Shown piece by piece: positions 23,459-38,100 of a DNA stretch of 64,000 nt (the stretch's first letter is position 1; each line of letters begins with the position of its first letter). Below the pieces are notes generated by a model, which made no database searches, was not told where the DNA came from, and saw only the letters and a program-made list of their open reading frames with translations. The stretch is taken from assembly GCA_043228905.1 (NCBI GenBank), contig JBHGNT010000002.1, positions 22,568,001 to 22,632,000 on the forward strand, in the 5' to 3' direction. Origin of the DNA: Azolla caroliniana. Taxonomy: Eukaryota > Plantae > Polypodiophyta. Position numbers and translations under genes: made by a program.

Positions 23459-26400
23459 ATGAGCACCCTCTTCGTTTCTGCTTCCTCTGCTCCTCCTGCA
23501 CTGCAAACTCTGCCTCGTCCCTTTCCACGGGGTTGCTTTTCTCGACTGAAAATGGCGTCTTCATCTGGTGATCTTGTTTCAGATCTCGTCTCTGTTTCAT
23601 TTGGTTCTTATGAAATCTAATGTTTTTTTCATCCTCATCATCTTCTTCGTCGCATTTTCTAGTTCATGATTCATCCAAGAGGATCACCGTCTCTAATCCT
23701 TTAGGGGAGAACCTGGTCGGCATTCTGCAAGGTTCTTCTTCGAAAGATGTTGTCATCCTATGCCATGGTTTTCGATGTAGCAAGGTGCTATTTTACATTT
23801 ATGTGATCAAGAAAAATGCTATGTATATATGGTATTTTTTTAATTGAAACACATTTGTATAGATAGCTAAATATACATTTATCATCATCTTAGGCCATAT
23901 TCTTCTATATTTATACTCGCATGCAAAATGCTAGCTGGAATATTATTGCAAATCTGAATTTAACTCCTTAGTTTGCGCAAATGTCATGTTTTTACATGTT
24001 GGTTTCCGCCCAAGAACTCAAGGAGAGATTGTAAGAACTTTATCCCATGCCTATTGCAATCAAAATCCATTGGATCGAGGAAGAGGCACGTAAGAGAGAG
24101 AGAGAGAGAGGGAGAGGCTAAAGCATATGCTCTTCTGGGGTTACTCAGTATCCTTGTATTTTTTAGCGTTATCCTCTTATGAGTGTTAACTTCATCATCA
24201 ACATTATTTGCTATACTAGCTATATTCAATGCATAAATTCAGTCATATATTTTTCGAGTAATACATATATAAGACATCTTTTTGGCACCAAGGACCTATG
24301 CCATTATTTCATTAAAGCAGCCTGCTATATATTTCTTGCAATGGAAACAACTCCTCCAAGGAACATTATTTTTCTCGCCATTATTTTATGAAGATGATTT
24401 GGGAGTCATCTCGAAACAATTTCAAAATTGTTTTTGTCTTTTATCAATCTTCCGACATAATCTTATATGCAGGGGTTCTCCCTTCGTTGGCCTGATCCGC
24501 ACTAAAAGATTGACCCATTCAAGAAATTCTAACAGGGGAGTATGGTTACGCCCTTGGGAATTGGATCATTAAAATGAAAAAGGATAAGTTTTGTCCATTC
24601 ATTTTACATTTTGAGTTGGAAATAATGAACCTCCAGTGTGAGTATTCTCAAGGATATTTGACAACTTAGTAGTGGTAGCTACCACATACTTGAGTTCATG
24701 GCCTGATTGCTATTATTTAAACAACCCAGACAACATCTTCATCAAAGCCCCCAATTTGGAAGGAAATTTCTTTTAGCTCATGTTGATCAAGGGGCATTCC
24801 CACTATCGAGCTGGAGGATCTGTCAATGTTGATGATACTCTCAGCATGTCAGGGCGACAACGAAAATAAATTTCACTCTGACTCCAAGAAAAATGTGGAG
24901 TGTCATTATTGTCACAAAAAGGATCACTTGAAGTTTGAATACTGGAAGAAGCAGAACGCGGAACCTTATGCAGAGAAGGGGAAATTGAACCACAATTAAA
25001 TCTGCTTCGACAATCATAGCTTCTATATCCTCTCAGTTTGTTTGTTGGATTGTTGATAGTAGAGTTACCATTCGTATGGCGGGTGAGTGTTCACCTCCAC
25101 CAAGCTCTCAAATATCAGGATAATTATCATGTAATAATATTTGTTATCGGGTGTAGTCGTCTATGCTTATCCTAGCATCTCTTTCGCCATCAAAACACAC
25201 TTTTTTGCTGAAAACCTTGATAAATCCAATTATAATGCTGACAAAGTGTGCCATGTAATACATCTCTGTTGCATGGGAATCTATAGCCATGAAGTTTCAT
25301 GCACTCTTTCAAGATGGTGTGAATCTGATTTGGCTGAAAACCTTTATTCCAATGCTCATCTACAGTTTTTTTCATTAACTTGGGTTCAACAACCCACGGT
25401 TTCACAATGCTCCATATAAGCCGAGTAAAATGAATTTGCTTGTTCAGCTTCATGTGGCAGAATTTGTGTACAGTAACTTCTTGGTGAGTTGGGCTCTCCT
25501 CTATCTACTGCTACTCTTGTTTGGTGTGATAAATAAACCTGCCTTGTCATTACCCCGACTTTCATGCCAGCACCAGACATATTGTGGTGCAATATCATTC
25601 TTTAAATGAGTGAGTCCTGGTTGGTCGATTTTTATCCATCTACGACAATGCTGTAGACATCTTCACCAAAGCTTTCCAGCTGAAGTCTTTGGTTACTTGG
25701 TCACAGCTATGGCCTGTTTTATCCACACCTGGTGCTGAATGGTGGTCAAGGTCATTTACATCCCTGGAACATGCAATTAATTAGGCGTATTAACAGCCTA
25801 TACTACAGTCTACACTAATGGAGGCTTATCAGCCAATTGCTCTAAGTTAGAAACTATAAAAGGGCTCCGACCTTTCACACCTTCTCATCTGGATTTCATC
25901 TGGATTCCAACCATTTAGTTTATCTCTTTTGTATGCTCAGTTGAGCATATTTCCCTTGGTTCACTCATGGGGCGTGACACCCTTACACAGATTTCTCATC
26001 ACCTTGTATTCTTTTCTCTTGGTTTATTACAAGGTTCATTTTAATTTTGTTATTTCAGCTATAATTTCTAAAATATCTAGAATTTCTCCTTGTCTGCTAA
26101 AGAGCTTCTAAATGTTTAATTGTTGTCTGATTGGGAGGATTCTTTTGTTCTCGGCTAGTTCTTTTTGGTTGTTTTCAAACGTTTTTGTTTTTCTTTGAAT
26201 GATTTGGCTGCCCGTTACTTCTGTATTGTGCTCCTTTGTAATGTGTATTATATGTTTATATCATATATTATTTATGTGTGATAGATATAAACTATAACAT
26301 GTAACTTGTAGAATATGAAATTTATAATTTATGGTATATATGAATATACATCCATAGTATATGTGTAATGTGCTGGAAGTTCTTAACAGCATATATTATC

Positions 26401-28346
26401 TCATTTAGTCATGAGGAGTGCATCTCCAACTGATTCCCGTGTAAATGCTCATTGTTAATACATTGTTGTGTAAATGCTTGCCAACTTGTAACCATCTTGT
26501 TTTTTGTATTCTCATTCGTTTTTCTGATCATATACTTCTGTCTGTACACTGACAATATTTACCCAGGAAACCTCAACAATTAAAAGTCTGGCATCAGTGC
26601 TTGTGGAAAAGGGCCATACCACATTTAGATTTGATTTCTCGGGTAATGGGTATGTATTTTTTAAAACAAAATTTGTGCTCAAATATGTTTAGGTCATGAC
26701 TAGGGTACAACCTTACACTTATTTTGTTTACTTCCAAATTAGAGAAAGTGACGGGGAGTTCGAGTTTGGTAACTATTGGAAGGAAGTCGAAGACTTGCGA
26801 TCAGTTATTCTTTATTTGAAAGCCCAAGGACACAAAGTAAAGGCCATCCTTGGCCATAGCAAAGGTACTTGCTTCCCATGTTCTGGAAAGGAGAAAAACT
26901 TACTTTTGGTTTTGTCATAAGGAAAAACTAGAATATATGCAGGTGGCAATGTGGTACTCTTATATGCATCTAGGTATAGTGACGTGGCAACTATAGTGAA
27001 TGTATGTGGCCGATTCAACCTTCAGTCTGGTGTGAAAGAGAGGCTTGGAGAGATGGGCCTTAAAGCCATTCAGGAGAAAGGTTATATGGAAGTGAAAAGC
27101 AGAACTGGTATCATGTTAAACTTTCATGACATTTGCTTTTCGTTCACTTGATATGTAAGGGAGTTTGATATGAACTTATTTGCTATTTAGGCGAGGTAGA
27201 GTTTCGTATTACTGAAAAAGCCTTGCAAGATCGATTGAAGACAGATATGAAATCAGCTATTCTGTCTATACCCAAAAATTGTCGGTATGAATTTAAATTC
27301 AGAAAACATTCAAATACTCCTAACTTCTTTTGTATTTACCGAAATACCCTAATTTTTAAAAAAAAAACCTGAATATCCCTTTATAGTAGCAGAGTTTGCA
27401 CTGGAAAGGGATATCATGGTAATGAATACCTATGGCTATGAATTGAATTTAATGCAACACATCAAAATATGTCCAACTTGTTGGGTATATGACAAAATAC
27501 TACAAAGTTTAAAAATTACCAGAGTAGCCATATGTAGTTCTAGATTTTGAACTGGAGAGAGGTATTCTGTTAATTTTTAGAGCTTACAGGTATTCTGGTG
27601 TTTTTCCCCTTTAAATGATGTTTTCAAAGCAAAATTTAGTTGATTGTTGCCATAAATTTTATTGTAATTTCCGTCCATGCCCAAATTATGTATGCATATG
27701 TATAATCCAAAATTTGGACTACAGAAAGTTATGTTATGCTGCTAAATACCCAACAAGTTGGGGTTATGCTGGTGTTTTCCCTTCATTCATTCAACACCAA
27801 TCTTTACAATTTATGGATCTGCATATGACTGATAGGGTAGTTGTAAGGTTTGCTGGGAGAAAAGAATCATTATCAGTATAATTCAGCCAGAAGAGACCTT
27901 GACATAGGACGAGGGTTCATGAGTTTCTAGTAAGGGATCTGTATTGGTGAAGATAATCAATGTATTCTGTGTTTCACCTTATTCTGTGATATGTTAATTT
28001 GTTTTGTGATGTGCACCTCAAGGAATAAAGTGGGCATTAACAAGTATTTGAGGAGTGAAATGGTGGTTATTTTCCTTGGCATGCGTTTTCATCATTGATA
28101 CCTTTATGTTTTTACATGTTGCTGTCAAAGATTGCTCTAAAATTTTGCCTTAACACTGACAGGATTTTGACAGTTCATGGTTCAGATGACGATATTGTTA
28201 GTGTAGATAATGCAGAAGAATTTGATAGATTCATTTCGAATCACAAACTTCAAATACTGGCTGGTGCAAATCATCGGTTTACAAAGCATGAAGAGAATTT
28301 GGCATCTCTTGTGATAGACTTTCTTGAAGATGAAGTGCAATTGTAA
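23459..28346 (+). CDS. Alpha/beta-hydrolase (serine esterase, At3g47560/At3g47590-like), 7 exons
   Basis: GT-AG exons 23459-23567, 23663-23784, 26567-26649, 26743-26864, 26943-27107, 27191-27284 and 28163-28346 join in frame. Motifs: LCHGFR, FRFDFSGNGES, nucleophile GHSKGG, LTVHGSDD, GANH. Confidence 0.93.
24470..26010 (+). mobile_element. Highly decayed Copia-derived remnant in hydrolase intron 2
   Basis: Zn-knuckle-like CHYCHKKDH near 24900, RNase H-like LVWCDK and VDIFTKA at ~25515-25675, LTR-like TATA segment near 25850. Boundaries approximate. Confidence 0.55.
27300..27610. mobile_element. Mutator-type MITE remnant in hydrolase intron 6
   Basis: The right end GGTATTCTGGTGTTTTTCCC is the reverse complement of a GGGAAAAACACCAGAATACC-type terminus. 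Left-side ACCGAAATACCC/CCTGAATATCCC motifs are present. Confidence 0.45.
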
Positions 28347-30258
28347 GGTCTAGAAGTTTTTTTAAAAACAATGGATCCTTACAATAAAATATGTTAAAAG
28401 TTTATTAGCAATTTGATTCTTAATTATCTTTAGTGTTATCAGCTCACTTGGCATATGGATTTAGGCATGATTCTTTGCTTGAAAGGCAAGCTTCTTCTAC
28501 ATGTTGCAAATACTAGAACATCAAAATGTTAATTAACTAAAAGATGCGACAAAACTCACTATATCTACAATTTCTAAATATAATAGAGTAGAACGGCTAC
28601 TATCATTTGGGCCATGCACATGAACTATAAAAAGGCATTAAAAGAGCGGAATTTCTTGTAGCACATACTTTCAAATGACATTTAGAACTATAAGAAGGCA
28701 ACTAGCACATGGAAACCAATGGGCATGATAGCATGAGAAGAGGAATTGCTTGAAGCACTATCATTTAGGTTTGATATATCCTTCAAATAATATTAATGGT
28801 CAATATGAAATCCAAGGAGAGAGAATGTAAAGAGTATGGAGGTGAAATTTTGGTTTCCATATCAATTGCTAAGCATAAATAGACAAACATCAAATTACAA
28901 CAACTTTTCGTCTAGTTTGTTGATAATTTTGATGGCGACAAGTTGAGGTATATTTGCTTGAATAATAAAATGATATAGTCACATGTTCAAGGAACTGAAA
29001 CCAAGATTTTTTGTCAATGCCAATGCTTCTTCCATAGTGAGCTGTTTGGCAGAGTGTTGGTCTTGTGGGTGAGGGTCATGTTGTTGGGTGGATGACGTGG
29101 TTGATTAATTGTTGGTTGGGTTGGGTGATTGTTGAGGATTGCATCAACCCTAAAACAAAGGACTAATTGACATGATTAAAAGCTTTCTCCAAAATCTAAT
29201 GCACCATAATCAATTCATGGTATTTATGTTAGTTATAATACCCAACAATTTGAACTTTGAGCACATTATGTAATTCACTTTTACCTTCAATGAAACTATA
29301 TTTAGATGGGTGTATTAATTATATTGTATACTTCATTAGTTGATCTGTGAAGACCTTCATAAATACATTATACAATCCCCCAATCAAAGAAATAGGCCTT
29401 TACATCCTCGAGCATGGCATGATGGTTTTGGTAGAAGGGATTCTTCTTGCTGGTTGATTGTTGCGAATGCTAGAGAGCTCCAGATGCACTCATTGGCATT
29501 TGAAAACACAAAGAGGCATATGTCAACATTTGAAATACAAAGGACAAGTTTGTCCCACCCCACCCAAAAGACATGGGCTGAAGCCAAAGAGTGCAAGTCA
29601 ATGAGACACGCTCCCATTCAGGTGAGAAATGCTCGTGGTTTCCATTCTTTCTTGAAATGCTCTCGATCAGTGGCACCCGACTTGTTCTAGGCGGACAATA
29701 CCCAAGGAAGGGCCACATCAAGCAAGCGAACCACTATTGAGCAGGGGACAATTATCTGGTCGGGACAAATAAGATAGGAATAAGATAATTAATTACGTAA
29801 AAACCATGAAGGATGGGATAGGAGAGGGGGTTGGGTGGTGGTGATGGGGTGATTGCTCCAATGTCCATGAGCATGTTTATGTATATAAAAAAAGAATAGA
29901 ACAAGCATGTTTATAAAAGCAAATAAATCAATGAATAAATACATAAATAAATAAATAAAATAAAATAAATTGGATGAACAAAAAAAAAAAAAAAAACTAA
30001 ATTGGATGAACAAATAAACAAATAAAATCGTAATAATAAATAAATATGTATAAAAACAAGTAAAAATAGCCTATCTGTATGGTATGTATCATATCTCATA
30101 ATATATATTTAAATTTATTTATTTAATATATAATAGCCTATTATGTATGTATCATGTATGTATGATATCTCATAATATACGTATGTAAATGTAATGTTAT
30201 ATCTCATAATATTTATTTAAATTTATTTATTTTTATTGCTTTGCTTTGTCAAAAAAAC

Positions 30259-30330
30259 CTTCTTCTTCTTCTTCTTCTTCTTCTTCTTCTCCTCCTCCTT
30301 CGTCTTCTTCTTCTTCTTCTTCTTCTTCTT
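30259..30330 (+). repeat. (CTT)n/(CCT)n microsatellite in the eIF4E 5' leader
   Basis: Directly visible, ending 26 nt before the ATG. Confidence 0.95.
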
Positions 30331-30355
30331 GTTATATTATTCAGACAGGCAGGCT

Positions 30356-33300
30356 ATGGCGGAAGTTGTTGCTCCTTCTCCTTCTCCTGCTCCTGCTCCT
30401 GCGTCTGCCGTTTCTGTGGCTTCTTCAGACCCAGCTCCCCGCCTCGTCGATGGTAATGAGATCCATGAGCCTCTCAAGAAGCATCCTTTGGAGCACTCGT
30501 GGACGATCTGGTTCGACAACACGGGGAAAACTAAGCAGAGTAGCTGGGGAAGTGCTCTTCGCTCTGTCTACACCTTCTCCAACGTTGAAGATTTCTGGTG
30601 GTACGTCCTTCCTCTCCCTGATTCCTTCCTTCTCCTTCGCCTTTCTGCACGTTTCTTCCCTTTCTTTCTTTATTTACTCTGTATTTATTTATTTCTGTAT
30701 CGCTCTGTTCTTTTTTATTGCTGTGAATGTGCACCCGAAAGAAATAGAAAACAAACGAGAGAAGCAGAGAATCACATAAGAAAGAGAGAGAATCATGTAA
30801 GAAATAATGGAAGAGAATCATATACGAAAGGAAGTAATGTTAGCAATATAAAGAGAATCGTTAGGAAGGAAGGAAGAAAGAAACACTCAGTTTGTGGTGC
30901 AAGAATTGATCATTGAAATGGAAAGAAGATTACCGAAAATCCATAGGAAGAAAAACGAAGAGAATTGGGTAAGAAGGCACTCGGTTTGTGAGGAAAGAAA
31001 GAAAAATATCATATATGAAGAAAACACTTGATTCGTGGCTCAAGAAATGTTCAATGAGAAGGAACGAAGAAGAAATTATCATATAAAAGAACTTTCTGCT
31101 CGTGGTGCAAGATATTATCTGTGAGTGGAAAGAAGAGAATCTCACATAAAAGAAAGAGCCGAAGAATGAAGAAGAAAGAGAATCCATAGAAAGAAATACA
31201 GAGGAAGAAAATCACTTATGAGAGAAGGGATCAAAGAAAGAAGAAAGTTAAACCATTGAAAGAAAGAGGAAGAGAATCATCTCCTAAAGAAATACTCAGT
31301 TTGTGTGTAAAAAAGGATATATGATGCAGTGTGTAGCATATAAAACAACTTGCTGTTTGAGTTGCAAGAAGGAAAGAATTGCAGTGAAAGAGAAAGAAAA
31401 GAAAGGAAGGAAGAAGGAGTCTCACATGTACAAAACATTTAGGTTGTGGTGCAAGAAATGATCTATAACACGGAAGTAGAAGAGAATCATATATATGAGA
31501 AAAAGGCGAGTGTGTATTGTGAGAAATGATGTATGAGGGCAAAATCTTCATAGTTTTGAAGACTCTACGATAGTTTTATATTAAGGTATCTTTGAGCCAA
31601 AGTTCTGAATTGCATGTTGATGATGCTTCTCTTATTGATTTTGCCTTGCAGTTTGTACAACAATGTTGTTCAGCCGAGCCGTCTAATCCAGGGAACAGAT
31701 TTTCATTGCTTTAAGGAAGGCATCTCTCCACAATGGGAGGATCCAAAATGTAGCAATGGTGGAAAATGGACAATTGTTTGCAATCGTGGAAAGCTTATCG
31801 ACTCATATTGGCTTGATACGGTATTTCACGACTTAAAACTTATTTAGAGACAGAGAGAAGAAGAGGAGTGAGTGAGATTATATCAATGTATTTGGAGGGA
31901 ATAAAATGACCAGTCACAGGGAGAGGGTTCCAATTGGGCTATAGTTGACATGGCTTGAGTAAACTGGTTGGAGTCTGTGAGGTTTTTTGTTCAATGTGGG
32001 TTTGTATTTGAGGAAAAAGTGATATGGTGTGACAGAGATGTGTGAATAGGGATTTGAACCCATTAATTGTGTTAATAACTTATCACTATAGTGAACCTGT
32101 TATGAGAGAGAGAGAGAGGAGGTTGTCTTAGTGTATTGGAAGAGCCAAAAAGAGAACAATGACTTATGCAATGTTTTTCACATTTACCATGAAACACTTT
32201 AAGAGCTGAAATTGAATTGAGATTTCATATGTATCTCATTTACTAAATTGAGATAACATAGGGTTAGTGGTCATTTCTTGGATTTACTTTTTCCAGGTTA
32301 TGTTCATGTCAGAATTGTAACTCGTAAGAAGCATACAAGCCCCCCCCCCCCCCCCTCCCTTCCCCCAAACAAATGACCACCACCACGATTGTATTTAGGG
32401 CCACCTCTGATTGCTTTTGGATCTTGTTGATTACATGAAGATTAGAAGATCGGGATCTCGCCTCATTGATATCACCCTATGGGATGTCATGGAATCTACA
32501 ATTTAGTCTCGAGTCTCTTGATCATAATGATTTATGAATGCACATCCATGCATGCTTATGGATTCAATCACCAAAACTTTATTTGCCAGTTCTTAGTTGA
32601 CATTCATCCTGCTTTTAATTCTTCAATTTAGATCAATCTTACTTCGTTCCTTTGCGTCGAAATGATGATAGGTTTATAAGACATGTGCAAATGACTTGTC
32701 CTTGAATAATTGGACATTTACGACCACAAGGAATGAGCATGGTATTCTCTACTTGTATAGTTATGGGATCAATATCCGTCAAAATAAACGCAAAGCCTTT
32801 GTTTCTTATCCCTCCTAGATGAGAGCTTCACACCTCTCCAGGGTTCAGTGTATTCATGGCATCAAACACATAGCTCCAGGTATTGTTGACAATGGAAATG
32901 GTATCCACCATTTACTTCAAGATGTTCTTAGCTTTGTAGTTTGGTAAAGACGGTGACAGCCCTAAGCTTATTTGATACAAACCTAACTTGGACTGGATAA
33001 TGTATTGGAAAGTCTCATTGTGTGCTATGTAAATGGTGTAAAGAGGGATCTAGGGTAGCATGTGGTTGAGAAGGATGCTCAATGTTCCAGCATGGAGTTG
33101 TGCACTATGGGCCCAGTCGAATGTAAAGAAGTGTCAAGCCTTGATTGTAGGCTAGGATTGCACAAAGTTGTAAATCACTTTATGGTTTGATGTCTCTTAT
33201 GGGACACAGTCCTACAATTGTTATGCCTTGTCTTCAGATGCAAGCCCAGGGTAGTCTGGTTGTAAATGCCATCAAAGACATCAGTTAGAAGAAAGAAGAC

Positions 33301-35153
33301 TTGGTACAGGCCGCTTAGCTGATTCAAAATGAGTACAAAGAAGTCTAATTAGGACCCCTATCTGAAATTTCAGATATCATACCATCATTCATATTGCATC
33401 CTAAAACCTAGAAAGTATGGTACACCTAAGATGAAATTTTCAGCATTTAAATAGTCCCCACGGTTTGGTCCTATATTCATGCTTAAAATGTTCAGAATAA
33501 AAAATTAATGGAAATGACATATTAGGAATATTAGTTTCTTATATGTCTGAAAAAATTATATCAGGAAAACTCTGCCTTGCATAGGTTGCAGCAGATAAGA
33601 CAAATTTACTCCTACAACAATTAAAATGATAACCAGAAGAAAAAATGCAACTATCTCAATATTTACACAACTTAAAGTTTCAACACATAACCATGATGTT
33701 TTGTGAATTTCTAGTAGATTAATGGCATCTGGGAGGAATTCAGTGATCAGTGTTCTTCGTTTCTAAGTTTTTGTCTGGCATGGTTTGACCTCTTATTTTT
33801 ATCCTGATTCCCTGTTGATTAATGGTGTCTGGAAGGGATTTACTGTCCTTCCATGCTAAGTTTTTATCTGTCATGGTGTGACCTCTTATTCTTATACTAG
33901 TAAGATGGTTCATTGGTTTCTTTATATGAACTAATGAAGATGATTTAATTTGTGTAGCTTTTGGCTTTAATTGGAGAACAATTTGTTGAAGGGGATGAAA
34001 TATGTGGCGTTGTTGTGAGTATAAGAGCCAGACAAGACAGGATTTCTTTGTGGACCAAGACGGCATCCAATGAGGCTGCACAGGTATGCTAACTACTTCC
34101 ATAAGGATTTGGCAAGATGAAAAATGGCCCACGAAGAGCTTTGAAGTTAATAAAGGTAGCCATTTGATTATCCAGAACAGATTTCTAGAGTATATCTTTT
34201 TTTATACCAATGGCCATTGGAATGAAACAGTAGTTAATATGAACCCTGAACAAATCATTCGTTCTGGGACATTTTAAGAGTTTCAATTTGCATTTTAGTT
34301 CTATTCTAAATGAACAGTTTACGAGTCTCAAGTAGAGACTAATTTGCAAAATTGAATGGAGTCAAAGCTTGTTTTAATACACATTGCTTTCTCCAGATAA
34401 AATAATGAATTATTAGTTAATATTAGGGTTTACGTTATTAGATGAATGGCTGAGAACCATTATTGAATGATCATTTCCTAATTTTCTTGTACTTCTATAT
34501 ATACTTGTAGATATGGTATGTAATTTTTCATAAATGTCTCTGCTTGCTTCTTCATGTGTGTCTCTGCCTATCCCTCTTGAGAGGAAAAACACCAATATGC
34601 CCTTAACTTTCTAAGGATTTACCAGGATATATCACGGCATCATTTGAAAATTACTTTTTAAACTTGTATCTTTCATTTATCATTAGCTAATTTGTAATTC
34701 ATGACAAAAATTAGATTGATGACAATTAGAATGGTTAATAAACGATTTTAATCACCAATAATGGAATTTCATGTAATTTATAAATATCTAGGGTATATTG
34801 GTGAGGTCTAGTAGTGTTTTCCCTTTGTAAAGTGAGAGACCTATTTTATTTTTACGAGAACAAAATTTTGAAAAGTAAACTGTGTCTCAAAGGCTAGATG
34901 TTATCGCATATGATTACAGTGATGCTAATGTTGATTACTCTCTTTTCAGATGAGCATTGGCAAGCAGTGGAAAGAATTCCTAGATTACAGTGATAGTATC
35001 GGTTTCATTGCTCACGTAAGTTGTTCTTGAATGTCTTAATTTTACATTCTTGTTATACACAATGCGATCCAATTGGGAGTGATGGCGAGCAACATAATTT
35101 TACAGGAGGATGCCAAAAAAGCTGGGAAAGTCAACACAAGATACACGACCTAA
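30356..35153 (+). CDS. eIF4E: Eukaryotic translation initiation factor 4E (class I cap-binding protein), 5 exons, 217 aa
   Basis: Exons 30356-30600, 31652-31820, 33958-34083, 34950-35015 and 35106-35153. Motifs: [57 protein letters not shown]. Exons 3 and 4 are 126 and 66 bp, as in plant eIF4E genes. Confidence 0.97.
34582..34823. mobile_element. Mutator-type MITE in eIF4E intron 3
   Basis: Inverted ends GGAAAAACACCAATATGCCC ... GGGTATATTGGTG..GTGTTTTCCC. Related half-elements lie near 38603 and 53950. Confidence 0.55.
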
Positions 35154-38100
35154 GAATCAGCATAATAATAATTAATATTTTTAAGTATGAGGAACAATCA
35201 CTTGTAAACAGAGATGTTGGTTTTTTTTGCTTATGATTTTGAGAACTGCTCAAAGTTTTCAAAACTTGACTGTGATGAACTATTCAAAAGAAAATTTTCC
35301 ATGGACTAAAAGTCTTTGTACTAGGTGAGTAAATTTGCAATTAATTTTTCCTCTTCGTTTACAAACTTTTGTGTAGTCTCATACAGATATTGGGCTTTTG
35401 GAGAGATGATTGCCTAGTTAAAAGACAAGTGATTTCAGTTACAACTCACTAGATAACACTTACTGAGCCCATTGCTAAGCATTTTTTCTAAACCAAAACA
35501 GGATTGAACTCTATCTTAAATAATTAAGCACTCATAAATGACTTACATTATCTTAAATGGCTCGCTTTTATGGCAAGTGCTCTTGTTCGGTTTATCTTTT
35601 TGGATAGAGTATACAAAGAATATGTGTGGGAAGGTAGAAAGTTGAAAGGTACAATGCTTCATAGTATCAGATGAGAATGTTTGATTTAGGTAATAGTAAT
35701 AATGTTGAAATGTCAGAATGAGAGGAAAGAAACATGGACTTGTCATGAATGACAATAGCCACGACTGGTTTCAAATTGCAATCCAATCCACATTTTATAA
35801 AGCAGAAGGTAGTTTAACCATATGTTGGGGAAGCGCCTTTTTTATGTATTATAATTAATAATTTTTTCTTTTCTCTTAATGAAGATTTCCTATATTTTCG
35901 TGTACATCTAAATTTGCTTTATGTGTTCAGTTAACTACTCCTGCATTTTACATTTCAAAAAATCTGAATTACATTAAAATGATATCATGTTTGGAGCTAT
36001 TGCAAAGGATAATTGTGAAAATCCTATGTTTATCCTTCTGAAAATTTACAAAGTATGTCTATTTATGTGTGCAGACTTTCAATGGCTGAATGCCTAAATT
36101 TTCAAAGACTTAGTAAAGTATTGGCTGCTTTAGGACCTTGGGCTTTAATAGATGTGAAAGACTGGCCAAAGTTTTTTTAGTTTGAGGTTTTGAATCCCAT
36201 TAAATTTCCCCAATTGTTGGTATTTGGTAAATCCATGAGGCTCCTTATTTATGGAGCTATCCATTAGGTAACTAAATGATGTTAAAATCTACAATATCAA
36301 AATATTATGTTACATATAAAATAAGTCAAATATCATTTTCATCTCTTTGTCTTTAGTGTACATGGTTATAGGGGTTGCCTTCACAATATTATTTACAAGC
36401 GAAATAAATGGACGATTGTTATTATCTCTTGGTCATGTAGCTACTTCTTACATCTCTTGGTCATACACCTACTTCTTACTATGGTAACAGTCAAACTTCA
36501 AGCATGTTATTTACTTCTATTGTGATCTAACATTATTATTATTATTATTATTATTATAAAAATAGAATTCTTGCATTTGCATACTATGTAGTTCTAGGTA
36601 ACGTGTTATGCTATGTTTCAAAATATGAATAGCCAATAAGTGCCAAATTGATATGTTGAATCCAACGAAATGTCCTTTATGGCTTCCTAAAAGGCCTCAA
36701 ACTTATTCGACTAGCTCAAATCAAAAGAGTGAAGTATTCGATAGAAGGTCTAGATAGAAAAGTACTGCTTTCTTGTGAAAGTACTCCTCTCCTTCAAAGT
36801 TGTTGGTCTTTGTGGGATTGAACCATCGAAAAGCTGGATACTCATAGAAGGCGAACAAGAAGTTTTCAAACTACCAGCCAGGGTGGACAACTACGTTGGA
36901 CATTGTTTTCGTTTTTAGATGTGGTCTTCTACCTGGTAAAGGTGTTAGTGACAAGGCTGAGTTAGCAGTATCTTGATAAATGCCAAAGCTTATATTTGGT
37001 CTTGTTTTTTATAATATATATTTGTGGAGATGAAACAATATTATGTACTATTTGTATACTGCCTCCGGGCCTTTTATTAATACCAATGGAGCATATGTTT
37101 TATCGAGAGAAAAAAAGTAGTCTTTTGCAATAGGCTTGGTGATGCCTTCTAAGTGAACTTCCACTTTGCGAACAAGTAACTGTGTCAACCCTAGATCATA
37201 GTTAGGCTTTGTCAAAGGATTCAACTTGTACAATCTGTGAGAACCCTTTATCAAAGGAACCGTACTGTCACATATTAGCTAAGTTTTTGATAAATCCCAT
37301 ATCAAATTATTGGTAATAGAATTTCTTTCTTTTTGCCTATTATTGCATTTAGAAGTTATCCCAAATGGACAAGAATCCAATGTTTGGTCAAGTCAGATCT
37401 AAGATACAAATTCCAATATGGTGTGCATCATGCATGCATCTAATCTACGTGGGCTACAAGCGAACCGCTTGCATTCCACAAGCAAAATCAATCTGCAAAT
37501 TCAAGAGCACACGAAAGTAGTTTCTAGGAAAGCTCAACTAAAAAGCACCCATTTTTTAAAGATAAGAAAGTACTTAATGTTTGAAAGTACTTAAAATACA
37601 AGGGCACATAAAAGTTTGTTGGTAGATTTGGCATGCTTAACTATAGAGGACAGTTTAAACATCATTTCTATTAATATGTCGTGATAAGTAGTGTTTTTTT
37701 TGTTTAAAAAAAATGTCATGACTCACGACCAACTTAGATTACGTGTCTTCCAAATGTCTACGCAAGTAATATTATTTCCTTTATTTTTAATTGATATGGT
37801 TACAAAAGCTCGAGTGTCATGACTATAACATGTCTTTCAAAACCATTTTGAATACTATGTATTCCTTTGATTGGTGTTGATGGTGACATGTAACTCTCCT
37901 TTTGGTTATGTGGTGGATGGTTATAACACAATGTAGTCTCTTCCATTGACTACAAATTGTAGCTTGTACATTTTGTTCCTATTTGAGATTTGAGATTTGA
38001 GATTTTGAAATTTGTTCTTATTGGATGTATATGAGCTCCAAGGCAACTTTAGTTTTTTATCTAATAATTGTAGCTTTTTTCCAAACAATATCCCAAGCTC

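Noticed and set aside
30236-30916. Poly-Phe, poly-Leu and poly-Ser ORFs
   Set aside because: Translations of the (CTT)n leader plus read-through into intron 1; the true start is ATG 30356.
32640-33300. LINE/RT remnant in eIF4E intron 2
   Set aside because: The composition suggests decayed coding sequence, but I could not read a diagnostic motif.
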